Source: Octopus sinensis (Eukaryota). Taken from it: a stretch of DNA of 64,000 nucleotides. Shown one piece after another: positions 53,915 to 64,000 of the stretch; positions within the stretch are counted from its first letter, which is position 1, and each line of letters opens with the position of its first letter. The DNA is taken from the NCBI RefSeq assembly GCF_006345805.1, contig NC_043011.1:28284464-28348463 (forward strand), written 5' to 3'. The notes beneath the pieces are model-generated. The model was not told the origin of the DNA, ran no database searches, and saw only the letters and a program-made list of their open reading frames with translations. The position numbers were made by a program, and so were the translations under genes.

Positions 53915-54246
53915 TAACTTAAAATTGTATGATAGATTGCCGTCAATTCATTCTCTCTTACCTGTTTGTGTCTGCCTTCCAATTGCTGTTTTTACTGAGA
54001 TCTCCCTTTTTAGTAGAAGAAATAGCTATAACTCTTTGACTGCTATTTCTAAATTCGGTATGTGGTAAGGCAATTCGTTGCTAAACCCTTTATTGCTTAG
54101 TATTACTTATATATATATATATATATTATATATATATATTAATAATATAAGGGTAAGTTATTATTGATTTCAAAATCAACAATTAGTTCCGGGTAGATTT
54201 CGGTATGGAAATATAACCATTACCGGTAGGAACCTTTTTAAAAAGT

Positions 54247-54326
<80 letters not shown>

Positions 54327-54406
54327 GCCATATATATATATCAGTCGCCATGATAGATTGTTAGCCACTACACACATTTTTTTCTCTCCTTGGTTTTTCT
54401 GTGTCC

Positions 54407-54441
54407 CTTTCTGTAGAAGAGCGTAGGGTCGAAACATAAAA
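54407..54441 (+). ncRNA. Decayed minimal hammerhead in a pLTR-like fragment
   Basis: CTTT-CTGTAGA-a-GAGC-gtag-GGTC-GAAAC-ATA-AAA; same layout as 58795 but mutated. Confidence 0.35.
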
Positions 54442-54532
54442 TACTTTTTCTATTCCTGAGCGTTATACTAATACATCAGTTTGTTTTGTACACCACCTGT
54501 CTTCGTCTTTTGTTTTTTTTTTCGTAAACTCT

Positions 54533-54616
<84 letters not shown>

Positions 54617-54892
54617 AGATGTCGATGACACTTCACCAATGCATCATCAATTTGTAACAACAACAACGATCTCAAGAAGAATCTGAGCTTGCATTAGAAT
54701 GAGAAACTGACACAGTAGATCATTCCGTTTCAGCTTAAAAACATAGGCAATGTGTTACTAGTTACAGATTTTAACAAGAATTGTTAACAAGAAACTCATA
54801 ACTTCCTTCTCAGGACAAAACATATTCACGGAAAGAAACCATTGAAAATATAATTTAACGAAACATATTGAGTGTTCTTTTACTGATTATGC

Positions 54893-55052
54893 GGTGGTGG
54901 TGGTGCTGGTGACGGCGGCGGCGGCGGTGGTGGTGGTGGTGGATGTCGATGGTGGTGATGATGATGGTGATGATGATGATGATGATGGTGATGGTGATAG
55001 TGATGGTGATGGTGATGGTGATGGTGATGGTGATGATGATGATGATGATGAC
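54893..55052. repeat. (GGT)/(GAT)/(GGC) trinucleotide tract
   Basis: Direct reading. Confidence 0.9.
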
Positions 55053-55910
55053 TTTATACTCCATATTATCATTACTTTTTTTTAGTTTCCTATATTAAAT
55101 TGTATTAATACTTTCTGTTACATGAGAGTGAATGAAACCATATTCTGCATTTTAATGTTACTCATCAGCTATAATCGAAATTAATTTTTTTTTTGCAGCC
55201 ACGTGAGCTTTTATCTGGCTATTTTAGGAACCATATTTACATTACTATTTTTAGTGACTTGTTGAATCGACTCAACGTTATTTTAGTTAGGAATAGAATT
55301 GCTGTCACACTTTCTAAAATGTGATATAGCGTCAACAATTTAATTACTGTACACGATTAAATTTTGTAGCTTACCATCTCAAATCTGCACGGAGCCAGTG
55401 GGAGGCAACCAGGATGGTAAAACCTGGAGTGGGAATGCCTTGTATGCTCCAACTTCCATTGAGAAGAATATAAAGAATCTGTAGGAGTCCTTCTGTGCTG
55501 TGAAAATTAATGAGTCTTTAGTTTTATAAATTTAAGCTCATGTTGTTTGTATTTGATTAAACATTTTCTTCGTAAACCTTGTGGGATTTTAGAAACTCAT
55601 TCAGCGGTTGGTTTGAAATTTGAAAGCAGGCGATATTTGATATTTCCTATGTCAGCGAGTGGTTTTCCAGCTTTGTTCTCAGTACTTACCCAATGAGCTA
55701 GAAATAGCAACTAGATCTTCCTCAAATCACATTCTATTGTCTTCAAGAAGGAAGAATGTAATATACAAGGTAGTGCTTGATATAAGAAAAAGACAGGATA
55801 GTCATGGCTTGAATCTACTCCAATAATTCATTTATTTACTCGAACTTAAACATCTACAACAGCAACACCCTCTACAAGGTATTTCAATGAATCAATATTA
55901 CTATAATTAA

Positions 55911-56130
55911 AAGGTGGTGAGCTAGCGGAAACGTTAATACGCCGGGTGAAATGCTGAGCGGTATTTCGTCTGCTTTTACGTTCTGAGTTCAAATTCCGCC
56001 GAAGTTGACTTTGCCTTTCATCCTTTCGGGATCGATAAATTAAGTTCCAGTTGCGTACTGGAGTCGATCTAATTGACTAGTCCCCTTCCACAATCTTTCG
56101 GGCCTTGTACCTAGATTAGGAAAGAATATT
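55911..56130 (+). mobile_element. SINE family B
   Basis: GGTGGTGAGCTAGCGGAAACGTT head, GAGTTCAAATTC B box, CCTTTCATCCTTTCGGGATCGATAAA core. Confidence 0.85.
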
Positions 56131-56575
56131 ACTATAATTACAATTATCACACAATAGCTGTAATTTCTGTTTCTCCACATATAAAGACTTTCAAAATATT
56201 TCTCTTTGTTTAGTAGTCCTAGATCAGGCCAAACTGGACAAGACTGTTCCAGTAGTGACCATCTAAATCTTTTCTTTTTTGATGATATATAACTAGGATC
56301 ACGTTATCCGTTGCCTTCGACTTCTTTTTCAAGAAGCTCATGTTTGATTTGATGAATAACAGACGAATCTTTTAGCATGACAAACGACAATGGATATGTT
56401 ATCCTTATCGGTTCAGCAATATATTTATTTCTTAATTAGTAAACTTCAAAAAGGAAGGGAAAAATAATAAGATATAATGGTCAAGTTTCTAAAACTAGAC
56501 GTAGGTATATATTGTACTAGCTACAGGGATAGTGGGGACTGATGAATCAGAGAGAGAAAGAAAGATGAGTGTGAG

Positions 56576-56621
<46 letters not shown>

Positions 56622-56989
56622 TATATACACGCGCGCACACATGTGTATATGCACTATTATATAGGCCAGCATACTTATGTACCTACACCCATGCGCATAT
56701 CTGCAAAAATATATATACACATACACACACATGTACACGTACACACGGACACAGACACACACACACACACACACATATATAAATATATATCTTTATACCT
56801 ACATGTTTATATATGTATTATTAAACAATTAAAAAATTAAAATTAATAATTGAAAAGTTAAAGAATTAAGACAATGCAAAGTCAAATAAGTTAAATAAAA
56901 TATTGGAAAGTCAAATACTATGTAAGGGGTGTTCGGTATATGTACTGTGTGGTGATTTAGGCTACATTTAGATCTGTGGTAATAATTGA

Positions 56990-57375
56990 AGGTATGAAAA
57001 AAGCGGTGGTTGCATGTAGCTAGGGCCTCGTCATACTTATTTAGTAGTACTGAAGAGTTGTGTTTTAATATGTAGAATGCCTCTTTTAGGCATAACTTAC
57101 AGGATGAGCGTTGATCCTGGTATGGAAGTCTTGATGTTATTATGGACCATGACAAGTTATATGGACTATTCTTATTTTTGAGATGATGTATGTGACTGGC
57201 GAGGGGTGTGGATTTACTCTGTTTCTCATATTAAAAAGAATTGAGATGAGCAGCGTATCGATGTTTAAAATTTATAATTGATCCAATATATACGGTTGTA
57301 GAATTGTGTAGATTGTTGAGGATGGTGTATTTGTACAAATTTGCGCTAATTTGAATGACGTTTCTCGGTCTGTTA
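56990..57375 (-). mobile_element. Penelope-like element GIY-YIG endonuclease relic
   Basis: ANLYKY...VYIGSIINFKHRYAAHLNSF*...LSWSIITSRLPYQDQRSSCKLCLKEAFYILKHNSSVLLNKYDEALATCNH; the WSI/CxLCLxE/LLN/CxH pattern is typical of the PLE EN C-terminus; in-frame stop at 57231-33. Confidence 0.85.
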
Positions 57376-57409
57376 AGTCTTTATGTTCGTTTACTCCCCC
57401 TAGACTGTT

Positions 57410-57856
57410 GGTACAAGGAGATAGAAACTCAAACCAGGGAATGTCCTAAGGAGATCTATAGTTTTAAGGGCCGCTTAATTGGGGCCCACTGACCCCCTAT
57501 TTTTACTGCATTTTAAACTAAATACATGGCACTGACAACCAATTCGGAGCAATGACAATGAATTTCATACCAAAAACTCCCAGGGTGTATCGTAAGGAAG
57601 TTCAATTTCTGAAGGACCGCTTATATGGGGCCCCACTACGCCCGCCCTATTTTTACCGCATTTACCTCGCTCCTACGCTTATAGATTTAACTATGATCAG
57701 CATCAGTGCTTAGCACATTTGCATAAATAGGTTTAGGCTTTACATTACTCAAGGGTAGAGGGGCGCAAAGCGGCTCGTTAGTGGGACCGAATGCCTCAAA
57801 TGTGCTCTCTGCAGGAAAGAGAACTAATGCCGCCTGAAGGGCAGTTTCAAGTCTAG
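57410..57856 (+). mobile_element. Probable Helitron 3' portion
   Basis: Hairpin TGCCGCCTGAAGGGCA then CTAG|T; internal duplicated GGGGCCC-containing blocks; 5' end undefined. Confidence 0.45.
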
Positions 57857-58311
57857 TATATATACAAGTACATATACTAAAAAACTAAAAAAACTTTTTA
57901 AGCTAAAAAAAATCAGTCGACTAAAAAATGGCTATAGATGTATTTTAACTTAATTTTGTAGAACTCTCTTACGCTCCTTGGACTTCAACCTACCATGGTT
58001 TTTATGAAACGAACTATTTTGACATATTTTTAATTGAGGGGAGTATACATTTTTTAGTCGATTAATATCTTTTAGTCGCCTGACACGCTTTAGTAATCCG
58101 TTTTGATTACTTACTTTAGTCGATTGTTTTCTTGATAGGCCTTCCTATATATTTTGTATTTTTATATGCATATATAATTTTTACCTTCTGTGCTTTTTTC
58201 TATTAGTATTCCTTTTATATATGATCACATGTATGGGAGCGTGGTGTTATATAAAATCGTTGACTCGAATTTGATGTTTATTCTCCATTCAATGTTATAT
58301 ATATATATAAA

Positions 58312-58695
58312 TCTCTCTATATATAAACGGCAGTTTGTCTGTGCGTGTTTCTGTGTGTCTGTTTGCTTGTACCCTCACCCTGACCACGGCTTTCAACCGA
58401 TTCTGATGAAACTTGACACACACATAGCCCAATGTCATAATTCAAAACTAACGCAGCCAAAATTTTAAAAAGTTCCCCCAGTGCTGAAAAAAATCGATAA
58501 ATTCGACATGGGGTCGAAATTCAGAAACACGAACCACAAACTGTCTATGGGACGCAACTCCATCTTTTTTAACTCTCAAAAAAAATTTACCATCATTTTT
58601 TTCCATTGTTTTGCTATTTTTTGGCTATAACTCTCTAAAAATGCTTTATAGTTATTTCCCTTACAAACCTGAGCAACGCCGGGCGAAACTGCTAG
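58312..58695 (+). mobile_element. Non-autonomous Helitron
   Basis: A|TC...CCTGAGCAACGCCGGGCG...CTAG|T; last ~125 bp shared with 11704-12097. Confidence 0.82.
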
Positions 58696-58705
58696 TATAT
58701 ATATA

Positions 58706-58928
58706 TATTGCTTTCAACATGTGATCTCTTGAGCACCACCAGCAAAAATATTTTTTTCCTCTGTCTTCCCTTCTTGGTATATTTCCTTCTCCTTGTTTCT
58801 GACGAAGAGCTCCCGCTCGAAACGTTAAACCCTCCTTCCCTTCTTTTCTGAGCGTCAAATAATACTTTAATTGTTCCACGTCCTCGCGTTGCTGTGTTTT
58901 TTTCTGTGTTTTCTTGTTTGGATTAACT

Positions 58929-58930
<2 letters not shown>
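58706..58930 (+). mobile_element. PLE pLTR-like fragment (paralog at 61690, opposite strand)
   Basis: Homologous to the reverse complement of 61690-61890; carries an HHR. Confidence 0.75.
58795..58830 (+). ncRNA. Ultra-minimal type I hammerhead (36 nt)
   Basis: GTTT-CTGACGA-a-GAGC-tccc-GCTC-GAA-ACGT-T-AAAC. Confidence 0.7.
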
Positions 58931-58977
<47 letters not shown>

Positions 58978-59289
58978 GCAATGGCTCATCTAACAACAAC
59001 GACGGCAACAGCACAGAAACACCAAAACTGAGACTAGTGACCCCAACACCAGCGCAACGGCCGAAGATGATGACCGCGCCAACACCAGCAGCAACAGTGA
59101 AGTTACTGGCCCCACGCCCAGTATTTTCGACGACGGCATCCACATCATTATCAGCGACAACAACAGCAACACTACAGCCAGGATTGACTAATATATCAAT
59201 AGCCACACTGATATCAGTAGAACCACGCTCCGTAATGACAGCACCGATGACAGCTCCAGTAACATCAGCGATAGCAACTACTTCTCCAG

Positions 59290-59644
59290 GTCCGGAGGCA
59301 ACGGAAAATATGCGAGAAATGTGAACACAACCAACACTCAAGTCCGGAAATAACTTGGGTCGGCCGAAACTGCCTACAAGCGGTGCCGGCACAACCATAG
59401 GTCCTCTTTCAGGATTCCGGAAAGATTATTCGTCACATCCTGGTAAGCCACGTGTGGTGCCTCAAAGATGAAGGAACCCCCATACGATATCAAGTGGAGG
59501 ATCGTAGAGCCGCCGTGATCTTATATAAACGGGAGCAGACAGTACAAGCTTTGCATAGCTGAGCGAGCAAGGATACTCAAAGATTGCTTGGAACTAGAAT
59601 CATTGAATTCCTGGCAAGCAATTGACAGTCCCTGCATCCACTAA
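59290..59644 (+). mobile_element. Second Penelope-like GIY-YIG endonuclease relic (different family)
   Basis: RK*LGSAETAYKRCRHNHRSSFR...(LVSHVWCLKDEGT in a shifted frame)...YDIKWRIVEPP*SYINGSRQYKLCIAERARIL...SPCIH*; preceded by a Thr/Ala-rich stretch at 58975-59290. Confidence 0.8.
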
Positions 59645-59775
59645 TAAATGCTAACTGCTGTAAGCATGGGATTCCCCATTCATCGATCAGATCTGCGAAG
59701 GTCCTTAAGAGCTAAAAGCACCCTAAAGGCAGAGTTCAACGTTCCAATTTTTTTTACCTATATGAACTGGTCTAA

Positions 59776-60010
59776 GGGTGTGGATTTACTCTGTTTCTCA
59801 TATTAAAAAGAATTGAGATGAGCAGCGTATCGATGTTTAAAATTTATAATTGACCCGTCGTCGTCTCGGATTGTTTATTCTTCATTTACTACCTGACCGT
59901 AACAGATTTCTACCCCGAGATTGGAAGAACTATATGGCCTTCGGCTGTAGATCCTGACGAGTCCTCCGTGGATGTGAAACCATTGGTCACTCTATAACCG
60001 GACATATACT
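59776..60010. mobile_element. 78-bp exact copy of 57204-57281 joined to a pLTR piece with a decayed HHR (59948-59994, +)
   Basis: Identity read directly; TAGATC-CTGACGA-GTCC...GGAT-gt-GAA-ACCATTGGT-C-ACTCTA. Confidence 0.6.
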
Positions 60011-60041
60011 TAGCTGCATATGATATATATATATATATGTA

Positions 60042-60087
<46 letters not shown>

Positions 60088-60112
60088 AGTGTGTATGTGT
60101 GTGTGTGTGTGT

Positions 60113-60421
60113 GTGTGGAGGCGCAATGGCCCAGTGGTTAGGACAGCAGACTCGCGACCGCAGGATCGCGGTTTCGATTCCCAGACCGGGCGTTGTGAGT
60201 GTTTATTGAGCGAAAACACGTAAAAGCTCCACAAGGCTCCGGCAGGGAGTGGCGATCCCCGCTGTACTCTTTCACCACTCTTTCTCTCATTCTTTCTTCT
60301 GTTGGCCTGCTCGCTTAGCCAGCGGAGTGGCGTCATTCGAAGGCAAAAACAATGCGAACGCATTGTGACCAGCGATGTGTAGCAACATGTGATGGTCTGG
60401 TCGGTCACGTGGTCACGTGAT

Positions 60422-60428
<7 letters not shown>
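60113..60428 (+). mobile_element. SINE family C (alternative 3' tail)
   Basis: Head identical in layout to 8812; tail differs and ends (GTCACGT)n. Confidence 0.85.
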
Positions 60429-60459
<31 letters not shown>

Positions 60460-61475
60460 GTTATGCTGTACGTTATCTATATTTATATACTAGAAATATT
60501 TCTAGCCTTGAATATGGAATAAGCCTCGACGTATTTGTGCGTATGTGTTTGTGTAAATGCATATGTGCAAATCTTATAAGAAGTCCCAGAAATTTTGTCA
60601 TTATCTATGTATTGTCTGGTTAGCTGGAACATCGAACAATAAATATTCTTTGCACTATTTGCTTACATTCTGAAATTGTATTCCTTCCACTCCGAATCCG
60701 TAAACTTTCTTCCTGGTGACCGGGTCGATAAAATAACCGTTAAATACTACGATACATTTAATCGACAACCAAATTTGTGGTCTCTTGACAATATAAATCA
60801 CTCTTTTATCATTGGCTTATATCAATATTTACAATGTCGTTTTCAGTAACTGCGCTGGTATTTCTTTTAATAACATCAAATTTCCGTCTTCAAATGTCCT
60901 CCTTAAGCAATTCAGTTCGTTGAAAATGTGTAAATATACGCAACCGTTAGAACTACTTTCTGAATAACTTCTATTTCCTAACATTAATGACAAATTCTTT
61001 ACCATAACATAGGAAACGCTATGGTGCTCGTTATAGTGGTAGCTAATAGGAAGAAAGAAAACTGCATGAGAGTAGGCGGTTAAACCTTAATTCGATGGAA
61101 ACAAACTCGTATTTTAGTCAATAAGTTTTACATTAAACGTTGTATTTGAACTTATGAACTAGTGTTACTTGAATGACAATAATTGCAAACAATGGGAAAG
61201 AGAATTATTAATAAATACTGGCGTCGTTAGAGGAAATTTGAAAAAAATTGACACGGCATACAGTTACTTCGACGGAGATACTTTGAAGCCAACGTGTTGG
61301 TCCACGCATTCATGCTCGCATACAAGAACAAAGACAGTCCCACATAGCCAACCAATTGTTTTATTGGACATTTGATCTCTTTTAATGTATATACGACTAT
61401 CTAACTCTCTTCCTCGGTCTCTCGCTATATGTGTGTATATTCTTATTCGTATGAGTATGCATATATTATATATGC

Positions 61476-61528
<53 letters not shown>

Positions 61529-61619
61529 TATATATGCATATATATATATATATGTATGTATATACATATATATGTATATGCATATATATATATATGTATG
61601 TATATACATATATGTATAT

Positions 61620-61666
<47 letters not shown>

Positions 61667-61689
61667 GTGTGTGTATGTATATATATATA

Positions 61690-61890
61690 TATAAAGTTAA
61701 TCCAACCAAGAAAGCACAAAAAAAAAACACAACAACGCGAGGGCGTGGAACAAATATAGTATTATTGGACGCTCAGGAAAGAAGGAAAGAAGGAGGGTTT
61801 AACGTTTCGAGCGGAGCTCTTCGTCGGAAACATAGAAGAAGGAAAGATCCAGAGAATGGAAGACAGAGGAAAAAAATCGCCAACGGAAAT
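61690..61890 (-). mobile_element. PLE pLTR-like fragment with mutated HHR (61797-61831)
   Basis: Minus: GTTT-CCGACGA-a-GAGC-tcc-GCTC-GAA-ACGT-T-AAAC (core U4 to C). Confidence 0.75.
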
Positions 61891-62593
61891 CAAATTTTCT
61901 TCCATGCCGAATTCGTATACTTTCTGTCTGGTATATATTATACCCCTCACGATAAGCTACATCCTTCATTCTACCACCTCCCTCACATATACCTTTATAA
62001 ATATGAATATAACATATATATTTTCCAAATAAATTTGATGTTTTAGTATCATTTTAACGTACAATAGTAGCTAAGTTTTAAGCGATAAATTTCTGATCAC
62101 ATGATCTCTGCATCTTTCAAAGTAGTTTACATCTGAAAATTCCTAAACATAGTCCTCAAATAACTCATGACTAGAAAATACTTATTTTTCCTGAAGAGAT
62201 CTAACACTATACCGCACTTTACATCTTTAGAAGTTACAATATTTGATCATTATAAAATACTGTTATATTGAAACATATGTGGAATATCTTTTTAGATATT
62301 TTGAGGTTATTTTGTTGATGCAGTCCCTTTTAGACTTGTTCTGGTTTCTTTCTTATATGTATATCTTTTAATCTAATTTACATTAATTTTCCAATCGTAA
62401 TACAAATAAAGTGAACCAAGCATCTTTTTAATTTTTCTTCCCCATTTTCTTTTAATGACTTTTTAATTTTATGAGACTATTTATACATATATATATTGAG
62501 GAACCTTCTATCAATATATTTGGTTCAACCTAGTCGGCATCCGATAGTTTTTAACAATCCCTTACGTGATTATTGTTTCCTCAAATTCTGAAC

Positions 62594-62677
<84 letters not shown>

Positions 62678-62700
62678 TATATATAATAATAATAATAAAT

Positions 62701-64000
62701 ATTAGGGAATAAATCCAAATTTACAGGGAAAAAAATCAGATTTAGGATTAAATCCAATTTTATAGTAAAATATTACATAATATTAATTAGAGACAAAACC
62801 ACTATTTTGCAAAACAAACAAGGAAAGACTTAATCAATGCATAAAATTTTAATAAAAAGTAAAAAAAACCGCCACTACAATTGTTTCATGTCTTCAATGA
62901 CAATCTTCAGGTGGATGTATATGTTTATTTATCTGTATGGGTGTGGGAGTGAATTTTGGTGTATATATTGAGGTTTATACGTATGTATAGGTATGTGTGA
63001 GTGGGGTGGGTATTTGTATATGTTGTGGGTGTGTGGTTTACGTGTGTGTATTTGTGTGTGAATGTATAGGTTAGGGGATTGCTATATAGGTATGTTATAG
63101 TGTTTAGTAAAGGGAGGTTTTATCATTATATGTATTTATGAGTTTTCGTTTATCATGGTAGTTTTATTAAAGAATTTGTAGTAATTTCTGTATATTTAAG
63201 ATGTTTGATATTTTATTACATTATTCCATTCATAATTTTTAAGTAATGTTCGTTTACCACGTGCAAGGAATTTTTAATTCCATATATTCCATTCATAATT
63301 TTAAATGACGTTCGTTTACATAGCGCGAAGACTTTTTATACATATGTTAGGTTCCTATGGTAACGTACTTTTGTTTGACGTTATAACGGCTAGAGTTTAA
63401 TTTCACTTCATAAATTGAAACTGATTTGAAAGTATGTATATACTTTTTTCTCCTTATGTTAATCTTGTTACTTATGATATTCTGGTTAATTATGGAGTAT
63501 TTTCTATATCGTATTATGTGTAGTAATGTTGTTTTTCTTTTGAGTGTTTATGTATGTGTGAATGTGTGTGTGTGTGCATATTTTGGTTGTGTAATTTATT
63601 TATCTGTATGAGTGTGGGTGTGAACATATTGTTGTATATATCGAGTTTAGTACGTATGTATATGTATATGTGAGGGGGTATACGTATATGTTGTGTGTGT
63701 GTGTTTTACGTATGTGTATTTGTGTGTGAATGTATATATGGAGATTGTTATATAGGTATTATTGTGTATGGTTAAAGGGAGTTTTATCATTATATGTATC
63801 TATGGGTTTCATTTATCATGTTGGTTTATTAATGATTTGGAGTAAATTCTGTATATTTACGTTGATTATATATTATTCCATTCATAATTTTTAAAAATAC
63901 GTTCGATCACCACGTGTAAAGAATTGTTTATTTTTCTTTTGAGTGTTTATGTATGTGTGAATGTGTGTGTGTGTGTGTGTGTGATTGTTTGCGTAATTTA
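62701..64000 (-). mobile_element. PLE-like non-coding element: pLTR plus ~670-bp diverged tandem GT-rich units
   Basis: 62701-62915 homologous to 36375-36600; 62930-63600 repeats at 63600-64000. Confidence 0.65.
62872..62914 (-). ncRNA. Minimal type I hammerhead ribozyme
   Basis: CCAC-CTGAAGA-tTGTCattgaaGACAt-GAA-ACAATTGT-A-GTGG. Confidence 0.75.

Larger units (their letters stand above)
49320..54108. repeat. ~592-bp hammerhead-containing tandem array with central inversion (retrozyme/PLE pLTR-like satellite)
   Basis: Forward units start at 49320, 49913, 50504, 51096 and 51685 (partial, to 51918); reverse units run 51912-54108; flanked by (TA)n on both sides. Confidence 0.95.

Noticed and set aside
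58661-59398. Longest ORF (245 aa, minus)
   Set aside because: Antisense to a PLE endonuclease relic and runs through (TA)n; low complexity

Overview
AT-rich, microsatellite-dense metazoan genomic DNA. The repeat content looks like an octopus-type cephalopod genome (inference from the SINE families). I recognise no intact host protein-coding gene, only a few unconfirmed candidate exons; most ORF-track entries are translations of (TA)n, (CA)n or (TATG)n. The window is almost entirely mobile-element debris: three tRNA-derived SINE families (about 16 copies), RTE and R4/Dong-type LINE relics, Tc1/mariner relics and MITEs, non-autonomous Helitrons, and many Penelope-like-element (PLE) pieces, including two GIY-YIG endonuclease relics. 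The main signal is RNA structure. A 4.8-kb array (49320-54108) of a ~592-bp non-coding unit carries one type I hammerhead ribozyme (HHR) per unit (8 copies, 6 with intact cores). The array flips orientation at a 7-bp microhomology, producing a ~1.9-kb-arm inverted repeat. It resembles a retrozyme or circRNA-producing satellite, with an unusually long stem II. At least ten further minimal HHRs of unrelated sequence families, most with palindromic stem III, lie elsewhere in the window, often inside fold-back or tandem structures. Coordinates were counted by hand and may be off by a few bases; folds were paired by eye and no database search was run.
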